This document shows, in pieces, positions 1 to 8,187 of a DNA stretch of 32,000 nucleotides. The position numbers and the translations under genes were made by a program. The notes under the pieces are model-generated. The model searched no databases. It was not told the origin of the DNA and saw only the letters and a list, made by a program, of their open reading frames with translations. The first letter of the stretch is position 1; the number at the start of each line of letters is the position of its first letter. The stretch is from Phycisphaera mikurensis NBRC 102666 (GTDB lineage Bacteria; Planctomycetota; Phycisphaerae; Phycisphaerales; Phycisphaeraceae), in assembly GCF_000284115.1 (NCBI RefSeq), contig NC_017080.1, positions 1,770,001 to 1,802,000 of the forward strand, in the 5' to 3' direction.

Positions 1-736
1 CGCCGTCGCGGCCGGTGGCGCCCCGCAGCGGGAGGCCGGTGGCGGGGTCGAACCACACGTCCAGCGGGTCGGCCGGCCGGCCGTCCTCGCGTGCTTCGCG
101 GGGGAACAGCCGCAGGTGGACCGGCGGGTCGGCGGCCGGGTCGGCTCCGGGCAGGGCGGGCGGCAGCGACTCGGCGGGGGCGTCGGCGTCGTCGACGAGC
201 TCGACCCGGTAGAGCCGCTGCAGCTCCGCGGCGTCGACCCGCAGCGGGATCGGGAGCGTCCGCGTCAGGTCCTCGCCGCCGCCGACCTCCCGCAGACGCA
301 CGCGGCGCAGGCCGCGGTCGACGTCGAGCAGCCGCTGCCCGTCCCAGATCAGCGAGCGGTCCAGCTCACGCAGCGTGCCGTCGACGGCCTCGCCGTCGAG
401 ATCGATGCGGAAGCGGTCGACCGCCACGCCGCCCGCGGGATCGCTCGCCTGCCGGAGCCGGCCGAAGCGGACCTGCGCGTCGCCGAGGAGGCCCTGGACG
501 GTGGTGTAGCGCAGCCGCGCGTCGAGGCCGCCGCGGCCGCGAGCCGCCGCCTCGAGGCGGTGGAGCCAGCCGGCGGCGGAGGCTTCTGCGTCGGCGGCGG
601 CCTCCGCCGCCGCGGGCGGGCCGTCCGCCGCGGGCGAGGCGGCGGCCGCGTTGGGCAGGACCGCCGCGGCGAGGACCGCCCACGCCAGGGCACGCCGGCT
701 CACCGCCTCGGGTCCGGGATCTCCGCGTCGAGCCAT
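1..736 (-). CDS. Secreted protein of unknown function, possibly LolA-like fold; the 3' end runs off the window and it is absent from the supplied ORF track
   Basis: Manual translation of the minus strand from ATG (736-734) gives MARRGDPGPEAVSRRALAWAVLAAAVLPNAAAASPAADG..., a signal-peptide-like N-terminus. It continues RLRYTTVQGLLGDAQVRFGRLRQ..DRFRIDLDGEAVDGTLRELDRSLIWDGQRLLDVD. The frame stays open to position 1 and third-codon positions are almost all G/C. The codon-aligned + ORF 116..961 reads like antisense junk. Confidence 0.5.
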   Translation of the reverse strand, partial: MARRGDPGPEAVSRRALAWAVLAAAVLPNAAAASPAADGPPAAAEAAADAEASAAGWLHRLEAAARGRGGLDARLRYTTVQGLLGDAQVRFGRLRQASDPAGGVAVDRFRIDLDGEAVDGTLRELDRSLIWDGQRLLDVDRGLRRVRLREVGGGEDLTRTLPIPLRVDAAELQRLYRVELVDDADAPAESLPPALPGADPAADPPVHLRLFPREAREDGRPADPLDVWFDPATGLPLRGATGRDG

Positions 737-1105
737 GACCCCGCTACGGCCGCGGAGTTCGCGGAGTTCGCCGGTGCCGGAGCCGCCCGCCGCAGCGGCC
801 CGCCGTCGGCACCGGCCGGCTGGCGGCTGAGGTTCTGCCCCACCGGCAGGAGCAACGGGAGCATGAAGACGGCCACCTTCACCCGGAATCCGCTGGGGCG
901 GCGCAGCCGCAGCGGGGCGGGAAGCAAGAGCAGGCGGCGGCCGGTCATCGACGCAGCGTAACCGGCTGAACCGCTTTCATCCTCACGACCCGGCCACGCC
1001 GGCCCGCCGGCTCCCGGAGCGGAAGGGTCCGGCCGCGGTGCGCTCGCCCTACGCTCGCGGCCGCACCCGCCGTCGGAGCCCCGGCGATCCGCCCCGCGCG
1101 ACCCC

Positions 1106-2359
1106 GTGCCGACGAGTCCTCCCCCGATCCAGCGCGTGCGGTGGCGTCCGTGCCCGGCGGTGGTCGCCGCGTGGCTGCTCGTCCTGCTCACGCTGGCGCT
1201 GCCCGGCGGGTCGGTCCTCGCCCAGCCCGCGACCCCGCTGCAGGTCTACCGCAGCGCCCACTACCGCGTCTTCACCGACCTCTCCCGCGCCGAGGCGGAG
1301 GGCTACGGCCGGCACATGGATCTGGTCCACCGCTCGTACGAGCGGTTCCTGCGCCGGCTCCGTGGCGACGCAGGGGCCCCGCAGGCCCTCTATCTGCTGA
1401 AGGATCGGGCCTCGTACCTCCGCACGCTCGCCTTCTTCGGCATCGACGGCTCGGCCTCGGGCGGGATGTTCTTCTACGGACCCCGCGGCTCGGGCCTGGC
1501 GACCTGGGTGGGCGACCGGCCGCGGGGCGAGGTGCTGCGGACGCTGCAGCACGAGGGCTTCCACCAGTTTGCGCGGCTGAAGGCGGGCGACGGGCTGCCG
1601 ATCTGGGTCAACGAGGGCCTGGCCGAGTACTTCGGGGACGCGGTCCTGGTCGAGGGCGGGGTGCGGCACGGCATCGTCGATGCCGACCGCCTGCAGCGGC
1701 TCCGCACCGCCCGCGACGCGGGCGCCACGCTGCCGCTGGCGGTCCTGTTGGGCCTGGATCCGGAGCGTTGGCGCCTGAATCTGACCAGCGGCTCGCCCCG
1801 CGGCCCGCTGCAGTACGACCAGGCCTGGTCGGCCGTGCAGTTCCTCATCCACGGCGATCCGCGGGTGGAGGAGGCGTTCTCCGACTACCTCGTCGCCCTC
1901 AGCGAGGGCGTCCCGCACGAGGAGGCGTTTCCCTCGGCGTTCGGCTCGGACCCCAGGCCGATGCAGGCGGCGTACCTGCGCTACCTCGCGGCGTTGCGGC
2001 CGGATCCGTTCGGGGAGGCGCTCGCCGACCTGCGCTTCCTTGCGGAGGGGGTCCGCTTCCTGCGCGACCGCGACGGCCGGGTGCCGGGGGACATGGGCGG
2101 CTTGGAGGCGGCGCTGCGGGCCTCACGCTTCCGCGTGACCACCCGCTCGCACGGGGCCGAGCGGGCGGTCTCGGCCCTGGACCCGGGCAACTACCGCTAC
2201 CTGGGCGAGGACGGGCGGACGCACCGCTTCGTGCTCGGGCCGGCGGCCGCGCCCGGGCGGCCGCCGGAGATCCGGGCGGACGCGCTGCGGCCGCCGGCCC
2301 GCATCGAGTGGGTCCCCGACGGCCGCGGCGGGCTGGTGCCCGAGCTCGCCTTCGAGTGA
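1106..2359 (+). CDS. Secreted DUF1570-like putative zinc metallopeptidase (MA-clan motifs)
   Basis: 417-aa ORF with a GTG start. It has a hydrophobic signal-like N-terminus (AAWLLVLLTLALPGGSVLAQP), an HExxH motif (LQHEGFHQF) and a downstream NEGLAEYF (candidate third-ligand Glu). The overall look matches planctomycete DUF1570 proteins. The start codon is uncertain (1106 or 1139 GTG). Confidence 0.7.
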   Translation: MPTSPPPIQRVRWRPCPAVVAAWLLVLLTLALPGGSVLAQPATPLQVYRSAHYRVFTDLSRAEAEGYGRHMDLVHRSYERFLRRLRGDAGAPQALYLLKDRASYLRTLAFFGIDGSASGGMFFYGPRGSGLATWVGDRPRGEVLRTLQHEGFHQFARLKAGDGLPIWVNEGLAEYFGDAVLVEGGVRHGIVDADRLQRLRTARDAGATLPLAVLLGLDPERWRLNLTSGSPRGPLQYDQAWSAVQFLIHGDPRVEEAFSDYLVALSEGVPHEEAFPSAFGSDPRPMQAAYLRYLAALRPDPFGEALADLRFLAEGVRFLRDRDGRVPGDMGGLEAALRASRFRVTTRSHGAERAVSALDPGNYRYLGEDGRTHRFVLGPAAAPGRPPEIRADALRPPARIEWVPDGRGGLVPELAFE

Positions 2360-2362
2360 GCG

Positions 2363-2408
2363 CCGCGGACCGTCGGCCTCCGGGCCGGATCCCGGCCACG
2401 GTCCGCGG
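2363..2408. repeat. 46-nt palindromic element, copy A (CCGCGGACCG-N26-CGGTCCGCGG)
   Basis: Perfect 10-bp inverted arms at 2363-2372 and 2399-2408 with a 26-nt loop containing GGCCGGATCCCGGCC. It starts 4 nt after the stop codon at 2357-2359. Confidence 0.85.
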
Positions 2409-2429
2409 ATCTTCTGCCATGCTCACGCC

Positions 2430-3248
2430 ATGAGCCCCGCGCAACCCACCGCCCCCCGGCTTGCCGTCGTCGGCGCCGGCAACATGGCCGAGGCGATCCT
2501 CCGCGGCGCTTTCGCGGCCGGCGTGCTCGGGCCCGACGAGGTCGTCGCTGCCGACTTCAGCCCCGCGCGGCGGGGCGTGATGGCCGGCCTGGGCGTCGCC
2601 GCCGTGGAGGACGCCGCCTCGGCCATCGGTGGCGCGGAGGCCGTGCTGCTCGCGGTGAAGCCGCAGGCGCTCGGTTCGCTCGGTGCGCTCGGCCGGATCG
2701 ACCGCGACGCGCAGGTCGTGGTCTCGATCATGGCCGGCGTCCGCTGCGACCGCATCGCCCACGCCTGCGGCGGGCCGACCCGCGTCGTCCGCGTGATGCC
2801 CAACACGCCGCTGCTGGTCGGCCGCGGCGCCTCCGCCATCGCCAGCGGGCCCGACGCCCGCGACGGCGACGACGCTCTCGCGCTGGAGCTCTTCGGGGCC
2901 GCCGGCGTCGCCGTCCGCGTGAGCGAGGCGGAGCTCGACGCGGTCACCGCCGTCTCGGGCTCCGGCCCCGCGTACCTCTTCCACCTCGCCGAGGCGATGC
3001 AGGCCGCCGCCGTGGGGCTCGGCCTCGCCCCCGAGCTGGCCGATACCCTGGTCCGCCAGACGCTGCTCGGCTCCGCGGCGCTGCTCGCCGCGTCCGACGC
3101 GGATGCACCCCAGCTCCGCGCCCGCGTGACCAGCCCCGGCGGCACCACGCAAGCCGCCACCGAGGTTCTCGAGAACCGTGGCGTGCAGGATTCCATCCGC
3201 GCCGCGATCGCCGCGGCCGCCGCCCGCTCCGCCGAGCTCGCCGGCTGA
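2430..3248 (+). CDS. proC: Pyrroline-5-carboxylate reductase
   Basis: 272 aa. N-terminal Rossmann motif VVGAGNMAEAIL, plus MPNTPLLVG, SGSGPAYLF and TSPGGTTQAA, all typical ProC motifs. Confidence 0.9.
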   Translation: MSPAQPTAPRLAVVGAGNMAEAILRGAFAAGVLGPDEVVAADFSPARRGVMAGLGVAAVEDAASAIGGAEAVLLAVKPQALGSLGALGRIDRDAQVVVSIMAGVRCDRIAHACGGPTRVVRVMPNTPLLVGRGASAIASGPDARDGDDALALELFGAAGVAVRVSEAELDAVTAVSGSGPAYLFHLAEAMQAAAVGLGLAPELADTLVRQTLLGSAALLAASDADAPQLRARVTSPGGTTQAATEVLENRGVQDSIRAAIAAAAARSAELAG

Positions 3249-3307
3249 ACGCCGGCCCACCGCCTTTTCCGGGTCCCGCTCCGCCGCCCTCCTCCCTCGG
3301 AAACGCC

Positions 3308-3784
3308 ATGCTCGATGCCACCCTCCAGAAGCTCCAGCCCAAGCTGTTGCCCCTCGCCCTCTTGTTCTGCCGGCTCACGCTGGGCGGGATGTTCGCCCTC
3401 TCGGGCTTCGGCAAGGTGATGGGCGAGCTGCGCAACGGCCTGGGCACCTTCCGCGGCGGGTACTACGCCAAGCTCCAGCCGTCCTTCCTGCCGGACTTCA
3501 TCGCGACGCCCTACGGCTACGCGCTGCCCTGGGGCGAGCTGATCTTCGGCGTGCTGCTGCTCATCGGGCTCTTCTCGCGCCTGAGCGCCGCGGCGGTGCT
3601 GCTCATGCTCGGCTCCATCCTCACCGCCCAGGTGGTCGCCTTCGGCCCCAGCGCGGTGGACGGCCAAGGCCCGCCCTTCAACCCCAACTACGTGCTGCTC
3701 TCGGTCGCGTTCCTGCTGCTGGTCACCGGGCCCGGGAAGCTCTCGGTCGACGGCTTGATCTCCAAGAAGAAGACGGCGAGGTGA
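3308..3784 (+). CDS. DoxX-family integral membrane protein
   Basis: 158 aa with four hydrophobic helices and a DoxX-like N-terminal pattern (LLFCRLTLGGMFALSGFGKV). The stop overlaps the next gene's start (GTGA). Confidence 0.75.
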   Translation: MLDATLQKLQPKLLPLALLFCRLTLGGMFALSGFGKVMGELRNGLGTFRGGYYAKLQPSFLPDFIATPYGYALPWGELIFGVLLLIGLFSRLSAAAVLLMLGSILTAQVVAFGPSAVDGQGPPFNPNYVLLSVAFLLLVTGPGKLSVDGLISKKKTAR

Positions 3785-5550
3785 GCTTCCCAAGCCTCCG
3801 CGCCTTCGTCGAGGGCCTCGAAGCCGCGGGCGAGCTCAAGCGGATCGCCGCGCCGGTGTCCTGCCTGCTCGAGGCGACCGAGATCGCCGACCGCGTGAGC
3901 AAGTCGCCGGCGGCCCGGGTCTCCGCGCACGCGCCCGCCTTCGACCCGCTGCACCACGACGCCGGCGGGCACGCGCTGCTGTTCGAGGACGTGCGGCTGC
4001 CGGAGGGCTCGGGCGCGGCCTGCCCGCTGCTGATGAACGCCTTCGGCAGCTACACGCGCATCGAGATGGCCCTGGGCTGCGACGGCGAGGCCGGGGGGCT
4101 GGAGGCGCTGGCCGATCGCGTCGCCTCGCTCGTCAAGCCCGAGCCGCCGGCGACGCTGATGGACAAGGTCAAGAAAGGCCTGGAGCTCGCGCGGGTCGCG
4201 GGGCTGCCGCCGAAGGTCGTCAAGAGCGGGCCGTGCCAGGAGGTCGTCCAGACCGCGGACCAGATCGACCTGCTCTCGCTGCCGGTGATCAAGTGCTGGC
4301 CCGACGACGGCGACCCGCGGGCCTGCGGCTTCCACCTGAGCCCCGAGCAGGCGGGCACCGCGGCCGGCCGGGGCCGCTACATCACCCTCGCCGGCGTCTA
4401 CACGATCCACCCCGACGACGCCGGCAAGCCCGCCGGGGACCCCCGGCCCTCGCGGAACGTCGGCATGTACCGGGCCCAGCTGATCGACCGCAACAAGACG
4501 GCGATGCACTGGCACCTGCACCACGACGGCGCTGCGCACTGGCGGGCGTGGAAGGCGCACGACGACGCGGCGCGAGCCCGCGGGGAGCGCCCGCCCGGCA
4601 TGCCCTGCGCCATCGTGCTCGGCGGCGAGAGCGTGCTTCCCTACGCGGCCACCGCGCCCATGCCGCCGGGCATCAGCGAGCTGATCCTCGCGGGCTTCCT
4701 GCAGGGTTCGGCCGTCCGGCTGGTCCGCGCGAAGACGATCGACGTCGACGTGCCCGCCGAGGCGGAGATCGTCATCGAGGGCCACGTCGCCACCGACGCC
4801 GGCGGCCCCGGCATCGACGCCGAGGGCCTCGCCCGCGCCCTCCGCCACGACGGCGGCGAGCCGGGCGCCGAGGTCGCCGGGCTGCTGAGGGGCAGCGTGC
4901 TGGAGGGCCCCTTCGGCGACCACACCGGCTTCTACTCCCTGCCGGACCGCTACCCGGTCTTCACCGCCTCGGCCCTCACGCACCGCCGCGACCCGCTCTA
5001 CCCCGCCACGATCGTCGGGCTCCCGCCGCAGGAGGACTACTTCCTGGGCAAGGCGACCGAGCGGATCTTCCTGCCGCTGCTCAGGACGCTCGTCCCCGAC
5101 GTCCTCGACTACGACCTGCCGCGTTTCGGCTGCTTCCACAACGCCGTCTTCGTCAAGATCAAGAAGAGCTACCCCCTGCAGGCCCGCCGCGTGATGCACG
5201 CGATCTGGGGGGCGGGCCAGATGGCCTGGACGAAGCTGATCGTCGTGGTCGACCACGACGTCGACGTGCACGACCACGAGGCCGTGCTCTTCCACGCCGC
5301 CGCCAACGCCGACCCCGGCCGCGACCTGGAGCTGGTCCACGGCCCGCTGGACATCCTCGACCACGCCGCCCCGCGGCTGGGCGGCGGCACCAAACTCGGC
5401 ATCGACGCGACGCCCAAGTGGCCCGGCGAGGAGGTCAACGGGGCCGCCGTCCGCGCCTGGCCAAACCGCCTGGCGATGGACGCCGGCGTGCGGGCCCGCG
5501 TCGACGCGCGCTGGAGCGAGCTCTTCCCCGCGGCCTCCCGGGGCACCTAG
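3781..5550 (+). CDS. UbiD-family (prenyl-FMN dependent) decarboxylase, likely quinone biosynthesis
   Basis: The in-frame GTG at 3781 gives VSFPSLRAFVEGLEAAGELKRI, a UbiD-type N-terminus. Also present are GRYITLAGV, RNVGMYRAQLID..MHWHLHH and EGPFGDHTGFYS. The upstream part of track ORF 3178..5550 overlaps doxX and is not coding. Confidence 0.85.
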   Translation: MSFPSLRAFVEGLEAAGELKRIAAPVSCLLEATEIADRVSKSPAARVSAHAPAFDPLHHDAGGHALLFEDVRLPEGSGAACPLLMNAFGSYTRIEMALGCDGEAGGLEALADRVASLVKPEPPATLMDKVKKGLELARVAGLPPKVVKSGPCQEVVQTADQIDLLSLPVIKCWPDDGDPRACGFHLSPEQAGTAAGRGRYITLAGVYTIHPDDAGKPAGDPRPSRNVGMYRAQLIDRNKTAMHWHLHHDGAAHWRAWKAHDDAARARGERPPGMPCAIVLGGESVLPYAATAPMPPGISELILAGFLQGSAVRLVRAKTIDVDVPAEAEIVIEGHVATDAGGPGIDAEGLARALRHDGGEPGAEVAGLLRGSVLEGPFGDHTGFYSLPDRYPVFTASALTHRRDPLYPATIVGLPPQEDYFLGKATERIFLPLLRTLVPDVLDYDLPRFGCFHNAVFVKIKKSYPLQARRVMHAIWGAGQMAWTKLIVVVDHDVDVHDHEAVLFHAAANADPGRDLELVHGPLDILDHAAPRLGGGTKLGIDATPKWPGEEVNGAAVRAWPNRLAMDAGVRARVDARWSELFPAASRGT

Positions 5551-5804
5551 GGCTCCGGGTGGACGGGCACCGCTTCGTGCCGCATCAGCCGGTGCAGCCG
5601 GACGCCCACCTCCAGCACCGCCGCCGGCAGGAAGCCCACGAACACCACCGCCGCCGCGAGCAGCATCTGCAGCGGACGGTTCGCCAGGGCCGGCCCCAGC
5701 CAGACCGCGATGCCGAGCCCGGCGGCGAGGCCCAGGGAGGCGCCGGCGAGAAAGCAGCGGGCCCACCGCAGCCAGGCCGGAAGCGAGGCTTCGTCGTTGC
5801 GCAT
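5547..5804 (-). CDS. Small two-helix membrane protein (hypothetical)
   Basis: ATG at 5804 gives MRNDEASLPAWLRWARCFLAGASLGLAAGLGIAVWLGPA..LLAAAVVFVGFLPAAVL, with two hydrophobic segments. It is convergent with the UbiD gene and overlaps it by 4 nt. No family recognised. Confidence 0.4.
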   Translation of the reverse strand: MRNDEASLPAWLRWARCFLAGASLGLAAGLGIAVWLGPALANRPLQMLLAAAVVFVGFLPAAVLEVGVRLHRLMRHEAVPVHPEP

Positions 5805-5941
5805 GCCCGAGGGTAGAGAGGTGGGGGCGGTCCTGAAAATGGGTGTTTTGCCTCCCTCCCCCCTTGTCAACGCGGGACGGATCGGCCAGACTCTCGCCTG
5901 CGGCCGCCCGTGGGGCGCCGATGCCGATCCGGAGAGAGACC

Positions 5942-6679
5942 ATGCCGAGCGCAGCCCGCACCCGCACCCGCTTCCTCGCCTTCGCCTTCGCTCTCGCCGC
6001 GACCACCGCCGGCCCGGCCGCGGCGGTGCCGGTGTCCCTCACGCTCGCTCCGGCGGCCGACGGCCAGAACCGCGTCGGCTTCGTCGGCACGACGTCCTCG
6101 CCGCTGGGTCCGCTCAGCCTGCCCGGATCGAGCGACCTCTCCGGCACGATCGACCTGGACGTCGGCTTCACCGGCTCCGCGGTCACCAGCGTCCGCTTGC
6201 TCGACACCACCGACGTCGGCCTCAGCGACGTCACGCTTTCCGCCCTCGGTCTGACCGTGCTGGAGACCACCGGCGTCCGCGGCACGATCACCAGCGGCGA
6301 GATCCCGCTCAACCAGACCGGGAACTTCGACCTCGGCGGCGCGACGCTGTCGCTGGACGAGGGCTTCGTCGACGCGATCGGGGACGACCCGGGCAACAAC
6401 GACCTCGCTGGCAACCCGCTGGTGCTCACGCTCGCCTCCGGCGACTTCCTCAACCTCGCCGCCGTCGACGCCGGCGGCGGCCTCTTCGTCTTCACGCTCT
6501 CGGGGCCGGTGAGCTTCGCGGGCCGCGTCGACGACGACCCGGTCATCGACGTGACGGTGGCGGGAAACCTCCTGGCGACCGGCTCCGCCGTCGTGCCCGA
6601 GCCCGGCACGCTCGCCCTCGTCGCCAGCGGCTGCCTGCTGGTCATGCCGCGGAAGTGGTCGCGTCGCCGCACCGGCTAG
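5942..6679 (+). CDS. PEP-CTERM sorting-domain secreted protein
   Basis: ATG at 5942 is preceded by GGAGAGAG. There is a signal peptide (RFLAFAFALAATTAGPAAA) and the C-terminus VPEPGTLALVASGCLLVMPRKWSRRR is a textbook PEP-CTERM anchor (VPEP, hydrophobic helix, Arg cluster). Confidence 0.8.
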   Translation: MPSAARTRTRFLAFAFALAATTAGPAAAVPVSLTLAPAADGQNRVGFVGTTSSPLGPLSLPGSSDLSGTIDLDVGFTGSAVTSVRLLDTTDVGLSDVTLSALGLTVLETTGVRGTITSGEIPLNQTGNFDLGGATLSLDEGFVDAIGDDPGNNDLAGNPLVLTLASGDFLNLAAVDAGGGLFVFTLSGPVSFAGRVDDDPVIDVTVAGNLLATGSAVVPEPGTLALVASGCLLVMPRKWSRRRTG

Positions 6680-6687
6680 CGCACCGC

Positions 6688-6823
6688 GCGCAATTTTCCG
6701 ATCGCCTCTGCGGGCGAGTCGTGCCCCTCGCTTCGTCGGCTGCATCGCCCTGCAGGGGCAGGGCTGCTTCGCCTCCTCACGAGGAACACGACTCGCGGAC
6801 GCAGGCCGATCGGATAATTGCGC
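6688..6823. repeat. Long imperfect foldback element 1 (136 nt)
   Basis: Terminal inverted repeat GCGCAATTTTCCGATCG (6688-6704) / CGATCGGATAATTGCGC (6807-6823), 16 of 17 bp. It is extended by CCTCTGCGGGCGAGTCGTG / CACGACTCGCGGACGCAGG. Apical hairpin GCCCTGC-AGGG-GCAGGGC at 6747-6764. Confidence 0.7.
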
Positions 6824-6828
6824 ACGAT

Positions 6829-6995
6829 GCTCTAAGAGGCTGTTTCAGATCCTGCTGGGCTTCGCCACCCGTGGCCGCCCGCTGCCCGCGTCGGGCTCCG
6901 AACGGGGGGACCGCCCCCCGCTCTCACCCTCCTTGGCAGCGAACAGCCACGGGCGACTCGGGCGTGCAGCCGGTTCTGAAACAGCCTCTAAGCGC
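6829..6995. repeat. Long imperfect foldback element 2 (167 nt)
   Basis: Perfect 15-bp inverted repeat AGAGGCTGTTTCAGA (6835-6849) / TCTGAAACAGCCTCT (6975-6989), extendable to about 21 bp with 2 mismatches. Internal blocks pair (CCCGTGGC.., CGCTGCC). The exact centre is GGGGGG-ACCG-CCCCCC (6904-6919). It ends 5 nt before the GH130 stop codon. Confidence 0.7.
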
Positions 6996-6999
6996 TGCC

Positions 7000-8187
7000 T
7001 CATCCCGGGACGCACCGCGCCGCGGCGATGGCGCTGTCGGCGGTTCCGTAGTACAGCCACCAGGCCTCGCGGAACCAGGCGAGGCCCTCGATGAAGCACA
7101 CGCCGTCCACCTGGCCGGTCCGCTCGTAGGGCCGGTCGGGCACGAACATCGGCTCGGCGAGCCGGCGGATCGGCTCGGTGGGCTGGTCCGGGTCGAAGAG
7201 CAGCTGGCCGGGGCAGTAGCGGCGGGCGCCCTCCACCGTTCCGGGCTGGCTGCGGCCTTCGGTCGCGGCCACGCCGTTGTAGAGCAGGCGGATGCCGTCG
7301 GCCGCCCACAGCGCCGGCGGCCCGGGCTCGATCAGCCACGCGTCGAAGCGGCCGGCCCGCACGCCGGCCACCGGCCGCGGCACCGCCACCCCCGGCGTGA
7401 TGAGGTTGCCGACGCCGGGCACGAAGGTGCGGTCGGCGTGGTCCACGTGCTCCACCACCTCCCAGCGGATCAGGTCGTCGCTGGTGGCGCAGAAGATCTG
7501 CGACTCGCCGAAGTACATCCAGTACCGCCCGTGGACGCGTCGGGCCACCATCCGCCCGTCCGCCGTCGCGCGGCACACGATCGACCCGCTCTTGCTCCAC
7601 AGATCCGCGTAGCGGCCGTCCTGGAGCACGAACGCCGGGCCGTGGTTCGTCCATTCCAGCAGGTCCTGCGAGGTCGCCACGCACAGCCGGGCCCGCTCCC
7701 CGTCGTAGGCGGTGAAGGTCATGACCAGGCGGCCGGCGTCGTCCTCCACCACGCGGGGGTCTTCGCACCCGCCGGGCCAGGTGAATCCCTCGCCCGCACG
7801 CGGGAAGAGGACCGGCGCCGCGCGGCGCTCGAAGCGCGTCCCGTCGTCGCTGCCGGCCAGCCCGATCCGCGAGGTGCCGGCGCAGCGGCCCACCGCGTCC
7901 TCGGCCCGGTACAGCAGGTGGAGCCGCCCGCCGCGGACCACCGCCGCCGGGTTGAAGACGTCTTTCTGCTCCCAACGCACCCGGCCCGCGAGCGGGCAAT
8001 CGAAGGCGGCGTCCGGCCGCGGGAGCAGCACCGGATTCGCGTCGTCGAGCTTCTCGAAAGGACCGATCGCCCAGCCGGTTCCAGCGGCGTCGGCGGGCGG
8101 CAGCGGGGCGGGGGCGTCGCTCACGCGGCGACCGTACGCGCCGCCTCGCCACGGTCCCGCCGGATCCGCGGCATCGCGGGGGTTCAC
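7000..8187 (-). CDS. GH130-family glycoside phosphorylase/hydrolase (beta-mannoside type), cytoplasmic
   Basis: 395 aa with no signal peptide. It has a five-bladed-propeller-like pattern with GCEDPRVV, DVFNPAAV, YWMYFG and WWLYYGTADS, typical of GH130 (DUF377). The start is uncertain: GTG at 8187, or GTG at 8124. Confidence 0.8.
   Translation of the reverse strand: MNPRDAADPAGPWRGGAYGRRVSDAPAPLPPADAAGTGWAIGPFEKLDDANPVLLPRPDAAFDCPLAGRVRWEQKDVFNPAAVVRGGRLHLLYRAEDAVGRCAGTSRIGLAGSDDGTRFERRAAPVLFPRAGEGFTWPGGCEDPRVVEDDAGRLVMTFTAYDGERARLCVATSQDLLEWTNHGPAFVLQDGRYADLWSKSGSIVCRATADGRMVARRVHGRYWMYFGESQIFCATSDDLIRWEVVEHVDHADRTFVPGVGNLITPGVAVPRPVAGVRAGRFDAWLIEPGPPALWAADGIRLLYNGVAATEGRSQPGTVEGARRYCPGQLLFDPDQPTEPIRRLAEPMFVPDRPYERTGQVDGVCFIEGLAWFREAWWLYYGTADSAIAAARCVPG

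Noticed and set aside
752-769. 9-bp tandem duplication GCGGAGTTC x2 just upstream of the minus-strand start at 736
   Set aside because: There are only two units and no supporting context. It may be a chance duplication.
116-961. 281-aa + ORF at the left edge (and the Arg-rich ORFs 91..738, 349..693 and 366..683)
   Set aside because: It is codon-aligned antisense of the better-supported minus-strand secreted-protein gene, and no motifs are present.
700-1191. 163-aa minus ORF, and the small basic + ORF 863..961 (MKTATFTRNPLGRRSRSG...), in the divergent intergenic region
   Set aside because: The two share third-codon positions, so they shadow each other, and both show high GC3. Neither has a convincing RBS spacing or a family resemblance; I considered ribosomal protein L34 but the HGFR-type motif is absent. 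I left the region unannotated.
3688-6672. 994-aa minus-strand ORF spanning the UbiD, small-membrane and PEP-CTERM loci
   Set aside because: It is antisense to well-supported + strand genes. The translation is Arg/Ala/Gly/Pro-rich low-complexity sequence with no motifs, typical of a shadow ORF in very GC-rich DNA.
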